A DNA stretch of 64,000 nt from the NCBI GenBank assembly GCA_045837725.1, contig JBEWZL010000276.1:310001-374000 (forward strand), in the 5' to 3' direction. Shown here one piece after another: positions 24,710 through 38,900 of this stretch (within the stretch, counting starts at the first letter, position 1; each line of letters begins with the position of its first letter). Origin of the DNA: Vermamoeba vermiformis (taxonomy: Eukaryota). The translations under genes were made by a program, and so were the position numbers. The notes beneath the pieces are model-generated. The model saw only the letters and a list, made by a program, of their open reading frames with translations, searched no databases and was not told the origin of the DNA.

Positions 24710-26137
24710 ATGAGAGAGATTATTCAACTCCAAGTAGGTCAATGCGGCAACCAAGTCGCCAACAAGTTTTGGGAGGTTGTTCGCGAAGAGCACGCTTTGG
24801 ATGGGGAAGGACGCTTCACAGGCCAAGATGACATATTAAAAGACCGCCTTAGTGTGTATTTCCAAGAGGCTGACAACGCTCGTTATGTTCCTCGTGCCGT
24901 ACTTGTGGATTTAGGTAAAGACAATGCACGATCTGCCGATAAAATTCAATACTAAAGTTAATAATATGAAGAGCGACTGCTTAAACAAGTACCTAACCTC
25001 AACCATACAGAGCCAGGAACTTTGAGCTCCATCCGCGCTGGACCTTTAGGCCGATTTTATCGTCCTGATAACTACGTGCACGGTCAATCGGGCGCAGGCA
25101 ACAACTGGGCTAAGGGTCACTATACTGAAGGCGCTGAGCTCATCGACTCCGTGCTGGATGTGGTGCGCAAGGAGACCGAGAACTGCGATTGTCTCCAAGG
25201 CTTCCAAATGACGCACTCGCTCGGTGGTGGCACTGGCTCTGGCATGGGCACTTTGCTGCTCGCCAAGTTGCGCGAAGAGTTCCCAGATCGCATGATGTGC
25301 ACTTACTCGGTGATGCCCAGTCCCAAAGCAGACACAGTGGTTGAGCCCTACAACTCCGTGCTGTCCGTGCACCAGTTGATTGAGAACGCAGACTCAGTCA
25401 TCTGTCTCGACAATGAGGCACTCTACGACCTCTGTCACCGCACGCTCAAGGTCGAGGGCTCGTACCCGAACATCAACAACTTGATCTCGCACGTGATGAG
25501 TGACATCACTTGCAGCTTGCGCTTCCCTGGTCAGCTCAACAGTGACCTCCGCAAGTTGGCTGTCAACTTGGTGCCGTTCCCGCGCTTGCACTTCTTCACC
25601 GTGGGCTCTGCACCGCTGACCGCAAAGGGCAGTCGCGAGTTCACTTCACTGACCGTGCCCGAACTCACTGCGCAGATGTTTGAGCCGCGCAATGTGATGG
25701 CTGCTTGTGACCCACGTCGCGGCAAGTACTTGACTGCTAGCTGCTTGTTCCGCGGTAAACTGCCAGCCCGTGAAGTGGACGAGCAGATGATGTTGATTCA
25801 GAACAAGAACTCGGCCTTCTTCGTCGAGTGGATTCCCAACAACATCAAGACCTCCATGTGCGACGTTGCTCCTAAGGGCCTCAACATGAGTGGCACGGTG
25901 ATTGGCAACAGCACCGCCATTCAAGACGTATTCAAGCGCATTGGCGATGCTTTTGCAGCCATGTTCAAGCGCAAGGCATTCTTGCACTGGTACACCGCCG
26001 AGGGCATGGACGAGATGGAGTTCATTGAAGCCGAGTCCAACATGACAGATCTGGTGACTGAATATCAACAGTACCAAGAGGCTAGCATTGAAGAGCCAGC
26101 TGAGGGCGATGCTAACGAAATCGAGGCTGATGAGTAA
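24710..26137 (+). CDS. TUBB: Beta-tubulin (divergent), 2 exons
   Basis: MREI N-terminus, [34 protein letters not shown], acidic tail. Confidence 0.97.
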
Positions 26138-26264
26138 GCTCGTGCATTGAGCTGCGGTATTGGTGCGAATTGGAGTGGATCCTCTTCGCGCCTTGTTATA
26201 TAGATGTAATTTTATAAGTGTTAATAGAGTAATATAATAAATACATTTGTTTATTCGGGTGTTA

Positions 26265-28832
26265 TTATTCGAGGTCGTGCAGTGCTTGGAAAGGTGGGCC
26301 TAATTTTTCACAGCGACGTTTGTAAGCTTCAGCGCCGAGCTCTTGGCGATCAGTTTCTAAGGTCATCAATATCTCGCGAATGGTCATAGTCTGGTCCTCA
26401 AGCTGGATCAGAGGGATGTTGTATTGCACGTGGAAGCTGTCAGTGATGCCGAGGTGTTTCATGGCTTTAGATTCAGAACTCGTGGCGAGGACCATCAAAC
26501 GCGTCTTGGGCGGTACTTTGGAGACTAGAGCCGCGTTAGTACTGTTCACGAGTAATGCGTGTACGAGGAACTTACTCAGTGTTAAGAGTGCTTGCAGAGC
26601 TGAGTTCTGATAGAGAGGACCGACACTTGAGTACGAAATGATGCGCTCAATATTGTCGAGAATGATGAGGGCAGTGGGGGAGCGGTACGCGTCGAGAAAG
26701 ACTTTGTTGAGAGTGGAGGCGACGTTAGCTTCCATGCCAATGAGTGTTTCAGGGGAGACGACTTTGATGAAGGGGAACGGACACTGTTTGGTGATGCGCG
26801 CTGCGAAGCCTGTCTTGCCGCAGCCACGTGGTCCTTGAATGAGACACGTGACGAGACGTGTCACAGGACTGCTGGCGACTTGTGTCATGTAGACCTGCAT
26901 CTGATTGAGCAGTGCTTGGTACTCATCGGACCACACGATGAAGGGCTGTGGCATCAGCGTTTGAATGGTGTCGTTGTCCACACCAAACATGGGCTTGACG
27001 TCACTCACTGCCTTGTCAAAGTCAGCACGTGTGACTCGAATCTTGTCTTCGTCCACCACGTGTGACATGTCTTGCAAGCTCGTGTGACGCATCAGCGCGA
27101 AGGACCTGGTCAACTGTCAGAACTACTGCTGATTAGTGGTGAGATCTAGACGTACCAAGCAGCGCGCACAACGTTCTCGAGGTCAGCACCGGAGTAGTTC
27201 TTGGTCACTTTGGCGTAGTCTTCGAGGTGGATCTCGGAGTCCCAGGCCGGTGTGTCGCGCAAGTGTTTGGTGTGCACGCGCAACACTTCCAAACGACCCT
27301 TCTCATCGGGCAGACCGATCTCCAAGTGCAGATCAATGCGTCCTGAACGAATGACTGCCTCGTCAATCAGTTCAATTCTGTTTGTCATGCCGACGAGCAG
27401 CACCTGTGGTCAATGAATCAGTCACGTGATCACACCGCGACACTACAGGCCTATCTCACGTACGTTGTTTATGCTGTCAGTGCCGTCAATCTTGTCGAGC
27501 AGTTGATTCACAATCGTGTCGCCCGTGTTGTTCGTGGATGTGCCTCGCTTGCGACAGATCGCGTCAATTTCGTCGATGATGATCATGTGCAGTTGCGAGT
27601 TCTCTCCTGTGGGAGGGTCAGATCACGCGTCACACTTCCTAATATGGCAATTACCTTTTTGTTTGTACTCCAGTTCAGCCTCGGCAAATAACTCGCGAAT
27701 TTTCTTCTCGGCCTCACCGACCCACTTGTCCAATATCGAAGCGCCGCTCACTTTTTTGATCTTGCAGTTCAACATCTCGCCCAATCGTCGCGCCAGTGTT
27801 GTTTTGCCCGTGCCCGGTGGTCCGTACAGCAACACACCCTTAGTGTGCTTCATTTTGAAGAGGTAATATGTTAGTACTGAGTAGTTATTATTAATAAATA
27901 ACTTACCTTCATCTTGAATTTTTTCACGGTGGTAGAGCTCAACAGTCGCGATGAGAAAGCTTTGCGGAACAAATCGTGGAATTCGCGGCTAAAAATAGCG
28001 TTAGTTGGGTCCATAAATAGCACTACTCACGCACCTCAAGCCACCAATCTCCCACACTTCTGGATCAAAGAACCCTACTTTGATGAGCTGTCGCACGGTC
28101 AGTGAGGTCTATTCCAAATATAGTAATGTCGTTGGTGGCACTTACATTGCGCTTGTCGTTGTCCGGTGCCGCAGCGCCAGTCTCGCTGAGCTGGATGTTC
28201 GAGTCGTAAGAAGCAGTCACCATCAGTTCCGTGTCAGTGTTGAGCACCGCGAATTCGTCGCTCTCAATCTTGCCTGATTTGGACTTGCCGACCACGAGCA
28301 CGGACTTGACGATGACCATAAAGTTCCACTCCTCGTACTTGACTGAGAATTTTTGGTTGGATGTGAATGTGTGTGAAAGGTACTTTTGTTTGAGGTATTC
28401 AGTGAATTTAGTAGTGTCGATGGAGACTTGTTCGGGGCTCTTCTTCTTAATTTTCCAGCTCACTTCCGTAAAAAGCACTGAGGCATCTGGAAAATAAAAT
28501 TTAAATTTCAACTGCCGATTTGAATCGAGTTAAATTTCTAATATTACGAATAGACAATACTTACTGGGGGCTTTGTCGATAATTTCAATCTTGAGTTGCT
28601 CGCCTAAGGAGCAAAAGACGTTGAGGCGCTGCACGGTGTTCATGCCGAGCTGTCCCTCCGCAATGCTGGCATGAGGCTCGTACAAATAGACGAAGAATGA
28701 ATTTTGTCCTAATAGGCGCAAGTATTTGCCTTGCTTCTTCCACGAGATGGCGTCCTTCTCGTTACAATACACCAGGTTTGTATCGTTGAGCGAATTGCTC
28801 GGAATATCAACGATCTTAACTTTAATACTCAT
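26265..28832 (-). CDS. NSF: Vesicle-fusing AAA+ ATPase NSF/Sec18, multi-exon
   Basis: [44 protein letters not shown]2 [17 protein letters not shown]. Confidence 0.9.
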
Positions 28833-28993
28833 GTTGTGCTCTAATTGATACGTTACTTCAAATGACGTCAGTTCGTTGCAACGTTTTTGCCAGGTCTTCA
28901 ATTTTCAAATAAATGACGGCGTCAGGTGTTATTTGAACACTTTCTTTCGATTTTGCACAACTAGCCCGCAAGTATCATGATTTACTAGATTTC

Positions 28994-29766
28994 ATGTTTT
29001 CGAGGTGTTATCTATTGTTAGTACTCGTTGGCAGCATCATTACGCTTGGATCTGCTAGCGACGATATTAAAAGGTCCTAAAATTTTAATAAATTAGCCAA
29101 GTCATTGCTAATACAATATATTACGCAGTGATGGTATTTTAGAGCCTGGAAAAATTCTGTATGCGGAGAAAATAATTGAGGATCAGATCAAGCAGTACGA
29201 GCTTGTGAATATGCAGCCAAACGTGCTATATGACATTAGAATATCATATCCTGCTTATGTAAGTGGCTTAGATTTGAAAATATAACTGACATGTGCTGTA
29301 GACACCCGCTGATTTTACGATGAAGATCTTCAAACAAGATTCCTCAGGGCGACAATTACTAAATATAGAAAGTGTCAAATTCCACACTGACGGTCAGGGT
29401 AACATTGAGGTAATGAAATGTTGAATGACACGTGATTGAACTCCTCTCATTAAAATATCTCTCGGCCAGGGCTTTCAATTCAGTGAAACAGAGTCACGTG
29501 CGCGGTACTGGGTGTCAGTGGCCATGAAAGGCACTGCGGTGAGTGTCAATCCGCAGCTCGTGCGCGTAGTCGAGTACAACATTGGTAAGTACACTCGCCG
29601 TGCTGTTCTTGCCCCACTGACCGATCGATCAGTGCTCGAGCCCATCAGCGCAGTGCTGTGGAATGTCGCGAAGATGGTGCTGTTGTTGGCGCTGCTCTTG
29701 GTAGCGCTCAAACTCGCTTGGCCGAGAATCATCGCACTCGTTAGTATTGAACTCAAGCAACAGTAA
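28994..29766 (+). CDS. Signal-peptide plus C-terminal TM protein, possibly Pga1-like, about 5 exons
   Basis: Splices to MFSRCYLLLVLVGSIITLG...YDIRISYPAYTPADF...RQLLNIE...YNIVLEP plus a hydrophobic tail; family resemblance from memory. Confidence 0.5.
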
Positions 29767-29962
29767 TTGTAAATAAAACAAAGTACTTCTGTCAAATGTG
29801 CAGCTGTGAGGGGTTATATTTAAATTTATCTTAGTTAATTTTATCGTAACCGATTGACGGCTGTCAAAGAATTCTTCGTTGAATTTTAAATTTATGCGAT
29901 TTAAATTTCTAAACTCAAGACCACAATGCGCGCATATATAATAGCACGGTAGAATAGGAAAA

Positions 29963-32900
29963 ATGGCTGGATTAACCCTGGATGCGTTGTTTAAAACGAT
30001 CGAGGAGACGGTTGAATCTCGCGATCTGGATAATTCAAAGCCAGAATTTATCAAGAGGAAGTTATTACAATTAAGCGAGTTACAAACAGCACTCAATAAG
30101 AGAACAGTTGGTCAAGTTTCGAACGAGGCACTTAGAAGGAATATTTCGGAAATTAAAGAAAAAATTATAAAATGCGAGGATGAATTGTGGCTATCATTTT
30201 CAGACGATTATTGCTTAAACGGAGATTTTTCTGATATAATTTCGGTACCTTCAACTTTTACCGCCCCACGCGCCGAATCCACCCTGCCAACCCCTCAAGA
30301 CGAGAGCTTGATGATATTTGGACTACTCGACGAGCTCGATGTGCGCAGCTTGAAATTGCGACTCTACAGACACTTGTCGCAGCTGGCCAATGAACACGCC
30401 ACGCAACACGGCTCACCGCACAACGCTGCGCCCTTGCACAACTGGGCCGTGCGACTCGCGGTGTTCAATCGTCGCAACTCCGCGCTCAATCGCATCAACA
30501 AACAGCTGCAGCGTGTTAAGCGCAAGGTAGATAGCCTGTTCAATAACGGTGGCACTGATTTGCCTTTTTTAGTCATTGAAAGCGTCAAGTCAAGAGCCCA
30601 TGTCACGGTGTCCGCTGATGATTCGTGTGTGCAACAGAGTGTTGACAGCACTGCTCATGCGACACTGCAGCACTGCACAGCAATCGAGCAGCTTCTTGAA
30701 CGATGTACAACAGGTGTTGACGGCGAGTCAAGTGTCATTTGCACCTCACTTTGCGACGCTGTGGAGTGCACTGGACACGAACAGTACTCACGCAAGTGTA
30801 TTCGTGTTGGGACAGTTGTCTTCGATATTGGTACGTGGCTAATGGCATTTAAATTTGTTTTCTCATTCTGTTTCAGCTGTTGTTTGAATCAAGCCCGACT
30901 CAAACACTCATCACCACTGATGTAGCAGTGTCGATCAGTCACGCGTTGTTTAGTTACTTTGTTTCATTGACGCAAGATATCAAAGAGAACATTACGCAGA
31001 TGCTGATCGATGACACTTCACGGCTGTTAATGGAAATGTCACGTGACAGAATGATTCAGCACGAAGATGCAGCGTGGTCTGCGCCACTAAGCGATTGGTT
31101 AACATCGCTGTTGAACAAAGCAGAATTTAGAAGATCAGCGGCGACCTTGCTCATCAATATTTCCTTATATAGAAATTCCCTCACTGATCTTTGTCACGTG
31201 ATAAAGTCGGTAGAGAATCAACAGCCCTCTTCCTGGCTCTTTGAACCCAGCTCACTGGTGCAGATCAACAGAGACTCGTCTGTTTCACGTAAGACTTGCG
31301 TTGATGATCACGTGCCTGGCTAATCACTTTGCAGTTGGGTCGTACGTTCTTGGGCCTGAAGTGCAGATATTGCCACACATCGCTACCGATGGCAATTATT
31401 ATTTCGTGAGAGTCGCGCAAGGTTTCTTCAAGCTCGGCACTGGCGAGGGTGGAACGCATCGCAATTTTGTGTACCATTCAAATTTACAGGCTGGCATCAA
31501 GATGGACGACGGAATAACTCATGCACCTTTGTGCTATTTTAAGAGCAAGGTAGTATGTCTCACTCGCCAACGAGGCCGCAGCGTGTTTATAGTGATCAAT
31601 AGCGAGTCATTGAAAGAGGAAAAGACAATAGAATTGAAAGAAGACTACATTGGCGACAGTGCGCGAGTACTGGCTGATGACGAGCGGATATATGTCATCA
31701 GAGGCGAGACAACAAACACAGCTTCTGAATCGAGTGTGTGGTTGATCATTGACGAATACACACCGAGTGTTGATTGGTCTGCTGTGAGTCACGTGACGCG
31801 AGTCAAGTTGAACGTTACAGGTGACATCGATGAACTAATTGCATCGTCATTTGGCGGTGGTGTGAATGAGCCGTATAGTCCTTCCATGCAGGCACGTGCA
31901 CTTTTTGTTACATTACACCTCTGACGCTGGATTATTAACGTTGTATTTAGATGGACTACCCTGAGACTGTAATGGGCAAGTTCATGTCAATCACTGCCAT
32001 GCCGTCATATCACAGCTTCTCTTTCGAAGAGTTGCGGTGGAATTACCTGCGAAAAACATCGAGTAAGTATCCAATGAACTGTTTTAACCGATCTAATCGC
32101 ATGCAGACATGCTCGGTGTTGAAGAGGATTTAATGAAGCGAATGTTGTTTCATATTCAAGATCATCACTTAATAGTTGCTTTGAGCCTGCAAACAAAGAC
32201 GAAGACCAAAGCAAATGATGCATTTGTATTGACACGTGCATTTTCGCTAAATGACACTACGCCGGGCTCTGAGTGCATTGGCACTCACATATTTGATCGT
32301 ATTGTACCAGTGGATGTTAATCTGCATCCTATCCTGGGTAAGCAGTAGTGTAACATATTAATCACCATCGACTAACTGTCGCAGAAATGGATGGCTTGCA
32401 TCAACTGAACGTGTCTCGAGTCGCTTATTCTACGATGTCAACTCTTCAATCGATGTCAGACCCTAGTTCTGCCATTGCAACGTTTAGATGGATAATGGCG
32501 AACATTAACCAAGAGCTCGAGATGAATTACAACAATTACACGCACCAATTTAACCAATTTGACGATCGCACCTTAGAGCTATTGAATCAGCTGATTCTAC
32601 ATTATACGCAACAGGCATCGACACAGAAGTTAGAGCCATCAACCATCGTTCAGTATTTGCAATTGATTTTGACGCTGTTGCAAGTGCTCAAATCCCGAAT
32701 ATTAATCCGCTGCCGTGTTACCGTGGAGTGGACGGAGGCAACAGTTTCTATTTTAAGAGCTATCAAGAAGAATTTGGAGACACTCGTTGATGGCTTGGTG
32801 TTGCGGAAGTTAGAAGACACACTAGCACGACCTCAAAGCTCAGCTCTCGCGCAAGAAATCAAACGTGAGGCGTGTGAAATACTCACGATCGGATTTGAGA

Positions 32901-35900
32901 TTCTCAATCCGCGCAAGTCTTTTGACGAGGCTCTCACTCACTTGGCGGACATCCTTGCTGTGACTAATCAGCGCGGAGTGAAGAGTGTGACATCAAACCC
33001 TAATTCACCGACTCTTCGCACGACTAAGCCTCTGTTGATCAACTTGATGGCGCGGCGATGGGGAGCGAACTTAACGGACTGGTCTATTCGATGGTTATCG
33101 CAACCTAATTTTGTCGATGTATTGATGACACTAGTGAGCGAGTGCAGTGCAGAAGCCGAGGGATGGACGACAGTAGGTTGGGGCATGGATACTCCACTGT
33201 TTAAAGAGACCTCATCCATGCCTCCACTGCCATTGGCTCTCGTGCGCGGTCTCTTGCCGCTCTTGGCCCTCGAAGACAACGAAAGTGCAGTGACAACCAT
33301 GACACCTGTCACCAAGAGTATCATCAAGAATGCCTGTTCGATTCTCAAATCGGATTGGAATCATCACATCAAACCTTTGGCCAAGCCAGTGACTCCACGA
33401 CCACATCACATCGTGCTGAGTCTGTCCAAACAGAATCTACTCAGCAGATCGTCCCCTGGAACACTCGAGAATGCTTCAAAGAAACCACAAGTCCTAATCG
33501 AAAACAACATAGCGATGCTGAAGCAGACATTTATTGGGACAGTATTGCCCTATCATCTCAATTCATTGGTGTGTTTCTTCGTCTCATCGAAGCAGACAGC
33601 GACGAATTTGGAATATGCGTCTGTCGTGTTGCCATATTTGGTCAAGTTGGCTGGATTATTGGAAAACATTCTCGGTTCAATCAATACGCACGAGAAGATA
33701 TTGGAGCCAGAGTTTTCTGAGGACAGACGTCGCAAATACTCCTGGCTGATCGATTTGCACCACATGGCAATCGATTTGAGCAGCATATTAGGCAAACTGC
33801 TAATTTTGGGCGAGCCTGTAATGGGCGAAGAACGCAAATACAAAGATTGGTTGAAATGCAAACTGTTCTTGGGCGGCCTTCACACGCAATTTGATCACTT
33901 CCAAGTATGTTAATGCCAATAATTATCATTGGAGCTAACACTATGACAGGAAAATTATCGAAAATTCCTAAACGAGCTCATTGCTGACGATCCTAGCGTG
34001 TCCAAATTCTTGCAGTTTATGTTCGCGGGCACTTATCGGCCTCTTGGTGACAAAGGCGGTCCTGAAGTTGACCGTGCCGAGCGTGCAGTCATCGCCACGC
34101 TGTTAAAGCACAATAATGTCGTTGAAGAGGCCTTGCTCATGTCACAAATGGTGGGCAAGATGGAGCCCAAGCAGACCAAGTCCTTGCAGCACATCTGGGA
34201 CAAAGCTTACAAAGTGCGCACGTGGATATTAGAACAGTCGCAAAAGTCCAAGCTCATCACTGCCAGCGAAGAGTAAGTGACATGTGTTCTTGGCGGTTAT
34301 TAATTCAGTCGTAGTCATGTGCGCCATATCAGCGAGTTAGTCACGAAGAAAATGAACTTCTTGCTGCAACTGGCTGCTGCTGCTCCTGGCCCTGCAAACA
34401 GCAGCACTTCGCGAGCGATGAATCGTTCAGCCTCCCACTCAATACTTATCGGTGAAGAGACGGCGTCAAACAAGTCCAAAGTACCTTCTACTCTCAAGGC
34501 ACGCAGTTCGGAGTCGATCACTGTTCCCAAAAACATAATTACCACCTCGAGTGCCACTAAAAGAATTCGCTCGCGATCGGGTCCAGGCTTGTCACTCTCT
34601 TTAGCTTCATTACCCGAGAACGAGGTAAGTGCCATACAAATAATAAGCACTCAACTAATCATGGCAGGTCAATGATGGCATGCAATCACCTTCACCTTCA
34701 GCGTACAATTATTTGAAGCAATCGTTAAAGCGGGAAATTATTCGATCCAAGTCCGAGCGAGTGTTTGATCAGGTACGTCCAGTACACAACTGGTTCTGGG
34801 CTCTTACTTAGTTTCAACAGCATTCCGTTGAGGATGACAAGCAACATCGCTACGAACGAATTAGATACTCTTTCAAGATGTGGCGCAGGCTGAGAGCACG
34901 TTTGAATCAAGAACAAGAGAATTCTCCGCGACAACACGTGCATGAAATATCGGATCTGATCATTTCATTTGCCAAGCAAGACCTCGAGATTGACAAGTTT
35001 TCAGTGATCATGTCCAAACAACGGTCTCGAGCGCAACATCGTGTTACAGGATTTGTGTTCTTGTCCAATCTGTTGGAGGCCTTGCAAAGTCCTGCTCTCA
35101 AGTACTCCATTGTCATGCAGCTCAAAGAGGCCTTGGCCAATCGTGGCGTATGCTACTACTATCTCTCAAAAGTCACAGTACGTAATACATATCGGGTAGA
35201 TTGATGTTCTAAGGCTGAAATAGACGTGTGGCGCTGAACTTACCGAACAGCTCGTGAAAGCTTTTGAGCGCTTCTACGCCCAATTAGTGGCGCTGCTTCG
35301 CTCACAAGATACACCCTCTGCGATGAAGTTGCAACTGCTCATACTTCTCTCGGTGAGATTCCGCGATGACGACCATAACTTCCTGCAAGAAGTTGGCATG
35401 TTTAACGTGCTCATGCGAATGATCACTTCGGCTGTGAAGACACCTGCACCAGTTGAAGCCGAATACAGCATTTCTCCGCGCGAAAAAATTCCAGAAGAAT
35501 CGCGCAAGACACTGCACTACGGCACTTGGCTGCTCGTGCGCATTCTCACTATTGTGTGCATGCGACGCGAGGACCTTCCTAATCAACCAAAGCCCATTGA
35601 TGAACTCCAAAAGCAGATCTTCGAATTGGTGTTTTCACAGATTGAGAAGATGAGTGCTCGCCTGTTCCACGTGCTGCAAGAAGATCAAGTGGGCGTAGAA
35701 CAAGATATTCTGTCCAAATCAGAGTCGCGCAAGAAAGTGGACTTGGAGTCAAGTATCAGCAGCGATGATGAGCTCGACAACAACGCTTTTGGTGGCTTAA
35801 TGTCTCGTCAATCATCTGGCACTCAAATGAATGTAACCGACGGTGATGTGCTGGAGATTGCTGAAGGGGCATGGCTGTGCTATGACTTGGTACTGCTCTT

Positions 35901-38900
35901 GCACATCATCTGCAAGACCTCACTCAAAGCACTCTCGTACATGTCAACACCGCGCCTGATCAAAGTATTGATGCCATTCATGCTGTTAGGCACCTCTCAA
36001 CTGCAAGCCATTACGATCAGCCTGCTGAAGAAGGTGTTGCCGAACATCAAGCCAAAAGTCATGTCTTCCTTGCTGCGCGATGTAGCTCGTGATTATCATC
36101 GCAAAGACGTGCCTCAAGGCGTGCTCGCGTTCATGTTCCAACTGATTGGCATGTCTGTGTGTCCCGCGCTGGTCATTCACCTCAATCCACACACTGCACT
36201 CGCGGCCACGGAGAAGAAGTTGAAAGAACTTGCTGCTGAAGTACGACCTGCTGCAGCCTCGCAGCCCTTCAGCTTTGAAGCACCAATTGGCTCATCGCGC
36301 TCAATGCCCAATCTGTTCAATGTCCCTTTCCCGACAGTCACTGCACCACAGTCGCAGGGATTTCAGTTCACACTCGACTGGCCTCAGTCACAGCCTGGGC
36401 TTAGTCCTCAAAGTCCACCGTCAGGCCCTGCTTCAGTGCCCAACTATGACTTCAATCCATTCGCCGTGACTACGACCAATACCGCGCAATCACCGCCTGA
36501 GCGCCGTATTCGCCGTGCGGGACGATTTAGAACACAACAACAGAGCTCACAGCCCCCACACAGCACCACTTTCAATGCTTTGCCGAGCTTTTCTTCTGCA
36601 CCGCGTCCTCTCATTCGCATTGCCCGCGATGGCCACACGAACATGGCCCTTGCAGCAGACATTATCTCCCTTATTCGATCAGTGGCCTCGACTGATAAGT
36701 GGAAACAACGTGTCAAAACGTCATTGTCCCACGCGTTGAATGGACTCAAGGCTGTCAAGACACCGGGTCACTTGCCACTCACTGCAACGACTGAAGCTCA
36801 AGTCCTGTCACCTAGTGCGAGTGTGGTGTGGGAAGCAGTAGCTGCATTAATGGCTATTGGCAGCGAACAACTCGCACTCAGAGTCGGTTCACGTGTTGGA
36901 TTAATGTTCAAAACAGCGCACAATCTCGACGACACGTACAAAACCGGCACACTGATCGAGCTCAATCCGCTCACTGGCAAGGGCAAGGTCGCATTTAGCT
37001 TCATGGAACAACCTGTCACTGTCAGTCTTGACAAGCTCGAAGTGATTGACCAAGCTGATGATTTTGAGTACAAGCAAGCAGATCTATTGCCCATATTAGG
37101 CAAGTACTTGGAAAGCAAGGAAGATTACTTCAACGACGTCTATTGGGAGAACAATGCCGAGGTGTTGATTTACTGTCGCGTCAAGTCGCTGGTGATCCTC
37201 GGTCTCACGCGCTTGCTCAAGTCAGCTGAAGCAGCCAAAGAGTTCATTGTCCTCGGACTGTTGAGTCCCCTGCTTGACACCACGCTCCGACACGCGCCCA
37301 AGTTGCACGCTCTGCAGCGCTACGAAGTCGAATACTACTCGCTGTCGCTGCTCGAGGAGAGTGTGCGCCATCACAACATGCTGTACAAGTGGAATCAGCG
37401 GCTCAAATCCAATCCGCTCTCCGCACTGCCGATCTTTGTCCCGTACAAGTGGAGCACGAACTATCAGGGCAGCAAGTACATGTCAGTGGAGGGCTGTGAA
37501 GGGTTGACAGCTGTCATCGTGTCACCGAAGGACATGCTCAAGAGACGACGCGCCAGTTCTAATTTGATCGCTCCCTACTCCCTCCCAGGGTTCTACTTTG
37601 AAGTTGAAGTCAACTGTCTCGATGCAGCCAACGGGTACGTGTTCTGATGTTTGTTTTGTACTGCCACTAACCATATTGCAGTGTCATTGAGGTTGGGTTG
37701 TGCGACTGTTCAATGCACCTCGATGCGTGTGACTTTAAGACCTACCACACCTATCGCAACACTGGGCAGAAGTACTGGTCTATCAACAGTGCCCCTGAGC
37801 TGTTCGGTTCTAAATTTGGTCACGGTGATGTCGTGGGCTGTGGCTGGGACATGGACCCACCTGCACTCAACAACAGCAACACATCGCCTCAAACCAAAGC
37901 TGCCCACACAATATCGTACTTCTGGACATTGAATGGGCGCTTATTGGACTATGGGTACCGCGGCATATCAGCACCCTCATCGCGCGGTGCATTTGCCATT
38001 GTGATTGCCAAGTCCGTCAACGGCAAGATTACTGCCAATTTTGGTCAAAAGCCCTTCTTGTTCAATCTCGCAGCCCATTGGTCAGATCGCTGGACAAAAC
38101 TGAAAGCACAACTGCCGAGTCCTGAACACTCCCCTCGCAATCACTCGCCGCGTGAACAACCGACCACGAGCTCCAAGCTTGAGAACGCCGCGCTGTCCAT
38201 TCGCCGCTCAGTCAAACCCAGCCAAATCACCCAAGTCTGACACCAAGACCGTGCACACTAGCGCCTCGAGATTTGCACTAGTGCCTCCTGACACTATTGT
38301 GCTAGGCATGGTGTTGTATGTCACACCACGACCAGTGGCAGATGTCAAATCGGGTGACATGGCACGTGTCATTGCGCAGACAGCAGGACTGGCAGGTGTA
38401 GTGCTCGACTACGATCCAGCACAGTCACTCGTCTTGCTGCACGTGTTGGACCCAGCCCTCGGCATGCACATCACTGCTTGGTACCCGATCTCTGCCGTGC
38501 GGTGTCGTGCTTCAAACACGCGCAACGAATACAACCGCCTCACTTCGAACATCATTCAGCTGCAGCAGCGAAGTATGTACCTGCCCCCATCGACTAATTG
38601 ACCTAACAATTTTCTGTAGATATCGAAGTGTTGCAAGTCATGTGGTCCATTCACGCGCAAGATGCCCTCATCAACATCCTGCAACACAACAGCAATCACG
38701 TGCTCATCTATCGTCAGCTCGGTGAGACAAGTTGTTCGACCCAAATTATCACTTGCGCCGCCCCGACATATGTGCAGCCATGAGCGCCGGAACATCTGCC
38801 GACTCCACGAGCACCGAGGAAGGGGATCAGCCAAGTCCGCAGCGACAAGTTCGGCGCCCGCTCTCCACGCATCAACACAAGTTTGGTGTACTCCCTCCAA

